Assembly: GCA_030429505.1 (NCBI GenBank)
Contig: JAUIFI010000001.1
Coordinates: 360,001-392,000 of the forward strand
DNA: 32,000 nt
Reading direction: 5' to 3'
From: Candidatus Saccharimonadota bacterium
GTDB lineage: Bacteria > Patescibacteriota > Gracilibacteria > UBA4473
Part shown: positions 1 to 7,043 of the stretch, piece by piece
Layout of the letters: each line of letters opens with the position of its first letter
How positions within the stretch are numbered: position 1 is the first letter of the stretch
Program-made: the position numbers and the translations under genes
The notes under the pieces: generated by a model
What the model saw: the letters and a program-made list of their open reading frames with translations, nothing else
Told to the model about the DNA's origin: nothing
Databases searched by the model: none

Positions 1-253
1 CTAAATCGGTAATATTATGCTTTAAAGCCAATTCAAGCCCCAAAATAAGTCCAGAATACTCTCCAAAATTATTCGTCTGAATACCACAATACAATCCTTT
101 TTGATCAATTTCTTGGTTTTGAGTATCAAAAAGCACAGCCCCTCCAGCACACTTTCCCGGATTACCACGACTACCACCATCACAGAAAAGCTTTCCTCGT
201 ACTACATCTTGATTTTTTAAAGGGCGATCAGATTGTGAAAAAAGGTTATCCAT
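1..253 (-). CDS. rnhA: Ribonuclease HI-like protein, N-terminal part only (gene runs off the left edge)
   Basis: Not in the ORF track because it is open at the window edge. Reverse-strand ATG at 253-251 gives MDNLFSQSDRPLKNQDVVRGKLFCDGGSRGNPGKCAGGAVLFD...GIQTNNFGEYSGLILGLELALKHNI. This carries the type-1 RNase H DGGxRGNPG and TNNxxEY motifs. The start overlaps the proS stop by 8 nt. Confidence 0.7.
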   Translation of the reverse strand, partial: MDNLFSQSDRPLKNQDVVRGKLFCDGGSRGNPGKCAGGAVLFDTQNQEIDQKGLYCGIQTNNFGEYSGLILGLELALKHNITDL

Positions 254-1967
254 GACAGAATGCACGAATATTATCTTTCAAATCATCGAAAGACACGTTT
301 TGAGTCTTCCCACTTTTACGTTCTACCCATTCAACCTCATTTTTTTCTAAAGTCCTTTCCGAAACAACAATACGAAGAGGAATTCCCATTAATTCATGAT
401 CAGCAAACTTCTGTCCAGGACCGATCTTTTTATCCTGACGATTATCATAGAAAACCTCAATACCAGAATTTTGAAGATCTTCATACAGTTTTTCTGCTCG
501 AGTATAGACACTCTGATCTCTTCCAATCGGAGCCAAATATACTTGATAAGGAGACACACTTTTCGGCCATTGAATCCCTCGATCATCATGAAATACTTCC
601 ACCAATACACCCATAAGACGAGAAATTCCGATCCCATAACACCCCATAATCACCGGTATATTCTTTCCTTGCTCGTCAGTCGCAGTAAATCGAAAAGCAT
701 CTGAGAATTTAGTCGAAAGAGGAAAAATATTTCCAACTTCAATAGCATGAGATATTTCATATATTTCTCCAGTATCAGGGTTTATATCACCAGAGTTTGC
801 CACTTTAATATCATAAAACTGTTTTGGTTCAGGAATATCACGACCAAAATTAGCATTGATCGTATGATAATCCGTACGATTTGCTCCAGTCTCAAAGTTC
901 ATACGTCCTTTACAAGACTCATCCATAATGGTCTCGACTTCATCTGGTAAATCAAGAATGCCTGCATAACCAACTTCTGCTTTGGTAACACGCTGAACTG
1001 TTTCACTCGATGCAAGTTTTAACATCTTACATCCTAAAACTTCTTTCAGCTTCAACTCGCTGATATTATATCCTCCCCGGACAGCCGCAGCCACGACTTT
1101 ACCAGTATCTGTCTCAAAGAGCATAGTTTTGGTCGTCTTTTCCACAGGGATTTTCAAAAAATCAGCTAAAGCTTCTACACCCACGATCCCTTTACCTTCG
1201 ACATCTTTTCGAGGAAGCATTTCAGTATCTTGATAACTCACAGCAGGAGCCTGAGAAGGTACTATTTCACGATTAAAATATTCTCCTGTCTTGGTATCAT
1301 AAAACACCATATCTTCTCCAACCTCAGAAATCGTTTGAAACTCATGCGAAAATTTTGAAAAATCTCCACCAGAAGCCGCTGTGATGTGCGTAATATCTCC
1401 AATCCCTAGTCTCTTGTAGACAGTCATATACACTTCTTTCATCTTCTCGTAATACGCCTCAAAATCTTCCTGAGAAGTATGAAATGAATACGCATCCTTC
1501 ATCCAAAACTCTCTTCCTCGCAGTAATCCTGACTTGGCTCGAGGTTCATTGCGAAACTTATCCTGAATTTGATATACACACATAGGAAAATCCTTATGCG
1601 AGCGACAAAAATATTGTACTAATGGCGTAACCGTTTCCTCATGAGTAGGAGCGAGAGCGACTTCTTTTCCGGAAGACATTTCCAACTTATACAAGACATC
1701 GACGCTATCCCAACGGCAAGTTCGCTCCCAGTTTTCTTTGGAAGCAAATGCTGGCATGAGAATTTCCATAGCCCCAACCCTATTCATTTCCTCTCGAACG
1801 ATCGTTTTTATCTTTTCCAAAACCCTCAATCCCAAAGGAAGATAAGAATAAACTCCAGCCATTTCCTTGTGAATAAAACCCGCCCGTATCAAAAGTTCTG
1901 CGTTTTTTGATTCTTCCTGAGCTGGAAGCTCACGTTGAGTTTTGATAAAAAGTTGAGAGTATTTCAT
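246..1967 (-). CDS. proS: Prolyl-tRNA synthetase (bacterial type, 573 aa, with internal insertion domain)
   Basis: Full-length ORF. The N-terminus MKYSQLFIKTQRELPAQEESKNAELLIRAGFIHKEMAGVYSYLPLGLRV and class II motifs (FRNEPRAKSGLLRGREFWMKDAYSF; GCYGIGISRL) are typical of ProS. Confidence 0.95.
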   Translation of the reverse strand: MKYSQLFIKTQRELPAQEESKNAELLIRAGFIHKEMAGVYSYLPLGLRVLEKIKTIVREEMNRVGAMEILMPAFASKENWERTCRWDSVDVLYKLEMSSGKEVALAPTHEETVTPLVQYFCRSHKDFPMCVYQIQDKFRNEPRAKSGLLRGREFWMKDAYSFHTSQEDFEAYYEKMKEVYMTVYKRLGIGDITHITAASGGDFSKFSHEFQTISEVGEDMVFYDTKTGEYFNREIVPSQAPAVSYQDTEMLPRKDVEGKGIVGVEALADFLKIPVEKTTKTMLFETDTGKVVAAAVRGGYNISELKLKEVLGCKMLKLASSETVQRVTKAEVGYAGILDLPDEVETIMDESCKGRMNFETGANRTDYHTINANFGRDIPEPKQFYDIKVANSGDINPDTGEIYEISHAIEVGNIFPLSTKFSDAFRFTATDEQGKNIPVIMGCYGIGISRLMGVLVEVFHDDRGIQWPKSVSPYQVYLAPIGRDQSVYTRAEKLYEDLQNSGIEVFYDNRQDKKIGPGQKFADHELMGIPLRIVVSERTLEKNEVEWVERKSGKTQNVSFDDLKDNIRAFCHG

Positions 1968-2040
1968 AAAAAAAATCGTTCAGATCATACTTATTTTTTA
2001 AGGAATTTTAAATAAAATAATCTTTCGCTTACAAGAAAGA

Positions 2041-2084
2041 AAGAGAAAGATTAAAAAATTTCACTACAAATCTCTCTTTCTCTT
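2041..2084. repeat. Perfect 10-bp polypurine/polypyrimidine inverted repeat (AAGAGAAAGA ... TCTTTCTCTT) with a 24-nt spacer
   Basis: Read directly: arms at 2041-2050 and 2075-2084. On the minus strand (proS leader sense) it is followed by a second small hairpin, TCTTTC-N8-GAAAGA, and a T-rich tract. Confidence 0.8.
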
Positions 2085-2162
2085 GGATTAAGAAATGGTA
2101 ATTATCCCCTGATTGCAGGTAAAAAGAGAAAAGGAGGATTATCAAAAAATACATTCGTCACC

Positions 2163-2240
2163 AGAGTTCGGTCTTGGAGAGACAAAGTATAACTGTCATT
2201 CTGATCCAAGTATTTTTCCCCGAAGAAAAGACCGAACTCT
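2163..2240. repeat. Perfect 13-bp inverted repeat AGAGTTCGGTCTT / AAGACCGAACTCT enclosing 52 nt
   Basis: Read directly: arms at 2163-2175 and 2228-2240. The arms are relatively GC-rich inside an AT-rich 357-bp divergent spacer. The right arm overlaps the position expected for a -35 element of the TATAAT at 2256-2261. Confidence 0.85.
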
Positions 2241-2324
2241 TTCCCTGTGTTTCCCTATAATATGGGGATAGTTACCTAAGAAATTTTATTGTTATTGTAA
2301 TTAATTTATGTTAGAATATAAAAC

Positions 2325-2684
2325 ATGGAATTTGAAGAAGAATTTTTTCTAGAGTCAGAAGATACTGAAAATAATATCAATCCAGAAAAACTGAGTTACC
2401 TACAGGACAAAAATATTCTGAATCTCGATGAATATACAAAAGTTCTAGAGCAAGTGAGTAGGTTAAACTCAGTAAGAGAGTTTATATCTCAAACTAATAG
2501 TGCAGAATTAAAAACACTTTTCTTTGCTAGCAATGACTACTTTTCCAGAGCTATTTTCATTGTATCCAAAATAGAAAGTGACTTAGATATAACAAAAAAT
2601 CTTAAATACAAAGTTGACTTCAACCTTTATTTAGAAAGATCTAAATTACTCTTTAAGATTTTATCAAAGTTCTTACCATCTTGA
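2325..2684 (+). CDS. Hypothetical protein, 119 aa, strongly acidic N-terminus
   Basis: ORF with ATG start and no recognisable family (MEFEEEFFLESEDTENNINPEK...). A TATAAT lies at 2256-2261 upstream. It ends 3 nt from the convergent SNase-like gene. Confidence 0.55.
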   Translation: MEFEEEFFLESEDTENNINPEKLSYLQDKNILNLDEYTKVLEQVSRLNSVREFISQTNSAELKTLFFASNDYFSRAIFIVSKIESDLDITKNLKYKVDFNLYLERSKLLFKILSKFLPS

Positions 2685-2687
2685 TTT

Positions 2688-3872
2688 TTATTTTACTTTC
2701 CGAAATCCAGCATCTTCAGCTTCCTTTTCAGTATTAAAACAAACTTCTTGCTTCAGGTTTTTATACCACCGGCTAGCTGGTGTGTGGTAGGTTTTGGTGG
2801 GATTGGATTTTGAGCCTGAGATATTGCCTTTAATCGGACAGGTTTGATCAAGTATAAGTTCTTTTTCTTTACCATCTTCTTTCTCAAGAATCTCATCCAA
2901 GCAATAGAGCCATGCACCTTTGGGGTCTTGCCAAACCTGCTCTTGAATTTGCTCAAAATCCTTGCGAAACTCAACATCTTTCTCAGACAACCAGAAGTTT
3001 CGAGCAAAACCATCCTCGATCATCTTTTGGTTCACAAATATTTCTTTTTGATTCCGAGAAGAGGGGATTGTGATATATCGCCACAGATGCCTTTGTTCAT
3101 CAAATTCGGATACATCACGTTCCAGAAAGATCTGTTTATCTAAAACCAAAGATTCCAAGTAAGCCTTGCTATATTTACCAAAACAAGCAAAAGCTGGACG
3201 TTGGTCCTGAGGAGAGGGGACTTCTATACCCAATAAACGAACCTTGAGTCCATTATCTAAAACCAGACTTTGACCAGAAAATACTTCTTTCACTCTTCCT
3301 ACAGACACAGGGGCAAGAAACTGACCATATTTCTTTCGAAATTGATCTCCCCACCAATTGCGAAGATTTATCGATTTATCCTGATTTTTACCACAATGAG
3401 ACCAAATGCCGAGCTGTTCATCTCTCGCTATCTTTTCTGCCATTTCGTACCTTCGGAACAATGTTTTATTTTCAACTTCAGGTACAAAACTTCCATATCC
3501 TTCCTCCAATAAAAACTCTGCTAGATCGAGTGAACTTTCTATTTTTACTTGCTGAGGAAATACGCCGTATTCTGGAAGATCAAGAGAATGTTTTTTTATT
3601 TTTATATTTTTATGTTCCAGGAGTAAACGCAATAGTCTATGAGTCTTTCGTGCAATACATTTATAATTTTGACGCTCATCAAAAATACCCTGCGGTAAAT
3701 CAATACCCATCAATCGAAATAAATTCTCATCATATAAACGAATGAAATTATTTTTAGTAACTTCTTTGACTGTTCCTTCTTCCCACTGATTTTGTGCGAA
3801 TCCTATATTCATCAAAAAAAGGAAAAAACTTACAAAGGTGCAAAAAAAGAGAAAAATGCGTTTGGAAATCAT
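2688..3872 (-). CDS. Secreted or membrane-anchored protein with two staphylococcal-nuclease-like (SNase/OB-fold) domains and a C-terminal sunset-type domain
   Basis: The ORF track gives 2688..3935 with a GTG start only 28 nt from tig. I prefer the in-frame ATG at 3872 (MISKRIFLFFCTFVSFFLFLMNIGFAQ, a signal/anchor sequence). Two SNase-like cores are present (FRLMGIDLPQ and VRLLGIEVPSP...FDEQRHLWRYI). The C-terminus CPIKGNISGSKSNPTKTYHTPASRWYKNLKQEVCFNTEKEAEDAGFRK matches the CxIKGNI...YH.P...Y....FxTEEEAxxAGFR module seen on secreted nucleases. Confidence 0.75.
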   Translation of the reverse strand: MISKRIFLFFCTFVSFFLFLMNIGFAQNQWEEGTVKEVTKNNFIRLYDENLFRLMGIDLPQGIFDERQNYKCIARKTHRLLRLLLEHKNIKIKKHSLDLPEYGVFPQQVKIESSLDLAEFLLEEGYGSFVPEVENKTLFRRYEMAEKIARDEQLGIWSHCGKNQDKSINLRNWWGDQFRKKYGQFLAPVSVGRVKEVFSGQSLVLDNGLKVRLLGIEVPSPQDQRPAFACFGKYSKAYLESLVLDKQIFLERDVSEFDEQRHLWRYITIPSSRNQKEIFVNQKMIEDGFARNFWLSEKDVEFRKDFEQIQEQVWQDPKGAWLYCLDEILEKEDGKEKELILDQTCPIKGNISGSKSNPTKTYHTPASRWYKNLKQEVCFNTEKEAEDAGFRKVK

Positions 3873-3925
3873 ACCCAAAAAGCATTTTGATAATTTCAAT
3901 TGTGAAACTGAAATTTTCCGGTAAG

Positions 3926-3954
3926 ATGACTTCACAGATTTTTAAAGATAGTAA
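3926..3954 (+). promoter_or_regulatory. Candidate sigma70-type promoter of tig (ATGACT-N17-TAGTAA), implying a leaderless or near-leaderless mRNA
   Basis: The -35-like element is at 3926-3931 and the -10-like element at 3949-3954. The tig ATG at 3964 is 9 nt after the -10 and has no Shine-Dalgarno sequence upstream. Confidence 0.4.
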
Positions 3955-3963
3955 ATAGAATTC

Positions 3964-5229
3964 ATGGCAACTCCTTTTAAAAAAAAATCAGGATCAAAAG
4001 TAGAGTTTACTCTTGATATACCAGAGAGTGCATTAAGAAAAGAAAAGAAAAAACTGATAGACCATTACCGAACGCACGTAAAAGCAAAAGGATTTCGAAA
4101 AGGACACGCCCCAGATGAAGTCGTGATCGCCCACATAAATCCACAAAAACTTTCCTACGAAGCGCTCAATGAAGCAATAAATACAGAATACAGGGGTTTT
4201 ATAAACGAACATCAACTTCAACCTGTATCCGCCCCTCATATAGAATTTCCTCATCCGGACAAAAAACCAATTAAAATTCTTTGTACCGTCGAAGTTTTTC
4301 CCGAAGTGAGTGTAGGATCTTATCAAAAGATAAAATCCGGAAAGGTTCAAGTAAAAGTGACAGATGAAGAAATACAAGCAGTCATTAAGAATATTATGGC
4401 CGATAAAGGAGTCTTTAAAATTGTAGATCGGAAATCTCAAAAAGATGATTTTCTCCAAGTAAACTTTGTAGGAAAAGACGAAAAAGGTTCGGAAATACCA
4501 CAGACAAAAGGAGAGAAAGTTAATTTCATACTAGGTTCAGGGCAATTTTTAGAAGATCTCGAAAAAGCTTTTGAATCCATGAAGCCAAAAGAAGAAAAAA
4601 AGAATATCAAAGTAAAATTTCCTAAAAACTATCCAGCTGCAGATCTTCAAGGAAAAACCATTCGATTTGATATCATGCTTCATGAAGTTCGAGAACTCAT
4701 ACCCGAAGATTTAAAACCCAAGGATATTGAACAAATTACTGGGCAGAAAAAAAGCATTTCTGAGCTCAAAGAAGACATCCAAACTATCCTAGAGCAAAGA
4801 AAACAAGAAGAAGAGAAGAAAAAAATAATTGATGACTATAGTGAAAAATTAGCAAAAATAGTGAAGACAGATCTCCCCGAATCATGGATAACAAAAGAAG
4901 TTAATATGAGGTTGGAAGAAATACACAACTCTCCACAATATAAAAATAATCCAGAAGAATTTTGGAAGATGGTAGGAAAGACAGAGGAAAAAACCAAAAA
5001 AGAATTTAAAGAATCTGCTGAAAAGAATTTGAAAGTATTTTTAGGGCTATCTCACATTATAAAGCAAGAAAAGATAGAATTGAACAAAGATGAAGAGAAG
5101 AAAGCGCAAAGTATTCTTGAAAGAAAACAAGCCCAAAATAAGAATTCTAATTTTGATAGAGAATCTGAATACCAAAGAATTGCGCTCAATCTCAAAATTG
5201 ACAAATACTTTGACACCCTTACACTTTAA
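3964..5229 (+). CDS. tig: Trigger factor
   Basis: 421-aa ORF. The N-terminal ribosome-binding signature is KAKGFRKGHAPDEVV (GFRxGxxP motif). The overall architecture is trigger-factor-like, with a K/E-rich C-terminal arm. Confidence 0.9.
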   Translation: MATPFKKKSGSKVEFTLDIPESALRKEKKKLIDHYRTHVKAKGFRKGHAPDEVVIAHINPQKLSYEALNEAINTEYRGFINEHQLQPVSAPHIEFPHPDKKPIKILCTVEVFPEVSVGSYQKIKSGKVQVKVTDEEIQAVIKNIMADKGVFKIVDRKSQKDDFLQVNFVGKDEKGSEIPQTKGEKVNFILGSGQFLEDLEKAFESMKPKEEKKNIKVKFPKNYPAADLQGKTIRFDIMLHEVRELIPEDLKPKDIEQITGQKKSISELKEDIQTILEQRKQEEEKKKIIDDYSEKLAKIVKTDLPESWITKEVNMRLEEIHNSPQYKNNPEEFWKMVGKTEEKTKKEFKESAEKNLKVFLGLSHIIKQEKIELNKDEEKKAQSILERKQAQNKNSNFDRESEYQRIALNLKIDKYFDTLTL

Positions 5230-5241
5230 AAGGATATACCT

Positions 5242-5478
5242 ATGAAACAAATATACTACATTCTTGCAATCTCGTTTGCTTTAATGGGACTGATTCTTGC
5301 TTTGCAAAACATCGGAAGCACATCTTCTATTTGGATTTTCATGAGTAATAAAACTGGAAGTTTATTTATTCCATTTATTCTCCTGCTTGTACTAGGAGCA
5401 GCTTCAGGTTTATTTTTAGGACTTGCTTATTCCGCAAAAAAGAAAAGAGATATAGAAAATGAAAGTCTTGATATATAG
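5242..5478 (+). CDS. Small two-TM membrane protein, LapA-domain (DUF1049)-like
   Basis: 78 aa with two hydrophobic helices separated by a short loop (ILAISFALMGLILALQNIG...LFIPFILLLVLGAASGLFLGLAY) and a basic C-terminal tail. AGGATA lies 6 nt upstream of the ATG. Confidence 0.6.
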   Translation: MKQIYYILAISFALMGLILALQNIGSTSSIWIFMSNKTGSLFIPFILLLVLGAASGLFLGLAYSAKKKRDIENESLDI

Positions 5479-5482
5479 CAGT

Positions 5483-5519
5483 ACAAAGTAAATACATTGT
5501 ATTTGTGCTTTGTTTTATT
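5483..5519 (+). terminator. Candidate intrinsic terminator after the tig / small membrane protein unit
   Basis: Hairpin ACAAAGTAAATAC-ATT-GTATTTGTGCTTTGT (6 bp, internal loop, 6 bp) followed by TTTATT. The stem is AT-rich, so it is weak. Confidence 0.4.
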
Positions 5520-5807
5520 GTAATAGTGTTTTTCTTGTAATAGAGGCTTATTTAAAACTGATTTTCATAAAACACTATATCCGTTTTTTCAAAAATTTAT
5601 TTTAGAAATAAAAAATAATTTTCCCTATGGAAATCAAGATAACTATAAAAATACAAAAACTTTTCTCCCTTCAAAAGAAAGCTTTGAAAATATATTATTT
5701 TGATCAAAATAATTGTTCTATTAGATAAAAAATTTGGTTCATGATCGTATTTTGGGATCATGGATACTCGCTTTTAAAGCAAAAAAACAAGAAAAAAGAA
5801 AAAAGTT

Positions 5808-5836
5808 TTGACATTTTATTTTGAATAAAGAATAAT
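5808..5836 (+). promoter_or_regulatory. Candidate promoter TTGACA-N17-AATAAT for the wHTH regulator gene
   Basis: Consensus -35 at 5808-5813 and an A/T-rich -10 at 5831-5836, about 30 nt upstream of the ATG at 5868. Confidence 0.5.
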
Positions 5837-5867
5837 TTTTTTGAACTTACCATTCTGTACTAAAAAA

Positions 5868-6440
5868 ATGCTCAAGAAGATATTCGGTTCTGGGGCTCGC
5901 GTAAAACTCCTTCAACAGTTCTTATTGAATCCGGATGAAGAGTTTTTTATTCGAGAACTTACCAGAATTTTAGATGAACAAATAAATTCTCTCCGAAGGG
6001 AGTTGGAAAACCTCGAAAAAATAGGGCTGCTCAAATCTTCTGAAAGAAATCGAAAAAAATACTACAAAGTAAACATCCACTTTCCTTTTTTACATGAACT
6101 TACTTCTATCATTAGAAAAAGTGATGACTCCAATAATGAGTTTCTTAAAAAGATGGCAAAGCTTGGAAATATAGATATCCTGATTCTGACAGGTGTTTTT
6201 ATTGATGAAAAGAGTGATACCGATCTTTTTCTTGTTGGAGATGTGCAAAAACAAGATCTAGAGCATTTTCTTAATGAAAATTTCAAAGGAAACCCAATAA
6301 AATACTCTTTGATGAAAAAAGATGATTTTCTGTATCGAATTACACTAAAAGATAAGTTTGTAAAAAACATGTTTACCAATAGCGATAATCTTATTCTCAA
6401 AAACAAACTTAAAAAAGACACTACTCCTTTTTTTAGCTAA
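5868..6440 (+). CDS. Winged-helix (ArsR/archaeal-type) transcriptional regulator with an uncharacterised C-terminal domain
   Basis: The ORF track starts at TTG 5841. The in-frame ATG at 5868 gives MLKKIFGSGARVKLLQQFLLNPDEEFFIRELTRILDEQINSLRRELENLEKIGLLKSSERNRKKYYKVN, the classic wHTH pattern. Confidence 0.7.
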   Translation: MLKKIFGSGARVKLLQQFLLNPDEEFFIRELTRILDEQINSLRRELENLEKIGLLKSSERNRKKYYKVNIHFPFLHELTSIIRKSDDSNNEFLKKMAKLGNIDILILTGVFIDEKSDTDLFLVGDVQKQDLEHFLNENFKGNPIKYSLMKKDDFLYRITLKDKFVKNMFTNSDNLILKNKLKKDTTPFFS

Positions 6441-6453
6441 AAACAGAAAAAAC

Positions 6454-6481
6454 TTGCACCATGTCAATTTATTCTTAAGAT
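6454..6481 (+). promoter_or_regulatory. Candidate promoter TTGCAC-N16-TAAGAT for rplS
   Basis: The -35 is at 6454-6459 and the -10 at 6476-6481. This would leave a leader of about 16 nt with no SD. Confidence 0.45.
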
Positions 6482-6503
6482 AGGAACATCTTGTTTTTAC
6501 GTG

Positions 6504-7043
6504 ATGAATCAGCTTATACAGAAAATTTCTCAAAAATACTGCAAAACGAAAGTTCCAGTCCTGAAGCCTGGCTATGAAGTTCGTGTCCATCAAAAAATTA
6601 AAGAAGGAAATAAAGAACGCGTTCAAGTATTCCAAGGCATGGTGATTAAAACTAATTCTGGACATGGTGTCAGTCACACCTTTACTGTGCGAAAAATATC
6701 CGAAGGTATTGGAGTCGAAAAAACTTTCCCTATTCACTCACCTAATATTGTAAAGGTTGATGTTCTCAGAGCTCATAAAGTTCGAAGATCAAAGCTCTAC
6801 TTTTTAAGAAACTTGTCTGGAAAAGCACTCAGGCTCAAAGAAGTACCTTTGAAATTACAACATACTGAATTTGAAAAAAAAGAAGAAAGTAAGGCAGAAT
6901 CAATCGAGCAAACGCAAGAAAAGCAATCCGAATCTAAGCCAGAAATAGCTTCAGACGAACAAGCAAAAACAACTGAAGAAGGAAATAACGAAAAAACTGT
7001 AGCAGAAAAAGATTCAGCAACTGAAACTAATAAAAAAGATTAG
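6504..7043 (+). CDS. rplS: 50S ribosomal protein L19 with an acidic C-terminal extension of about 65 aa
   Basis: MNQLIQKISQKY...VPVLKPGYEVRVHQKIKEGNKERVQVFQGMVIKTNSGHGVSHTFTVRKISEGIGVEKTFPIHSPNIVKVDV aligns by eye with L19. A GTG at 6501 directly precedes the ATG. The tail from about residue 115 is E/K/Q/S-rich. Confidence 0.93.
   Translation: MNQLIQKISQKYCKTKVPVLKPGYEVRVHQKIKEGNKERVQVFQGMVIKTNSGHGVSHTFTVRKISEGIGVEKTFPIHSPNIVKVDVLRAHKVRRSKLYFLRNLSGKALRLKEVPLKLQHTEFEKKEESKAESIEQTQEKQSESKPEIASDEQAKTTEEGNNEKTVAEKDSATETNKKD

Noticed and set aside
1968-2260. T-box riboswitch leader for proS on the minus strand
   Set aside because: The conserved T-box sequence, the specifier-loop context and the AG/GNUGGA distal-loop motifs are absent. 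Only generic hairpins are present.
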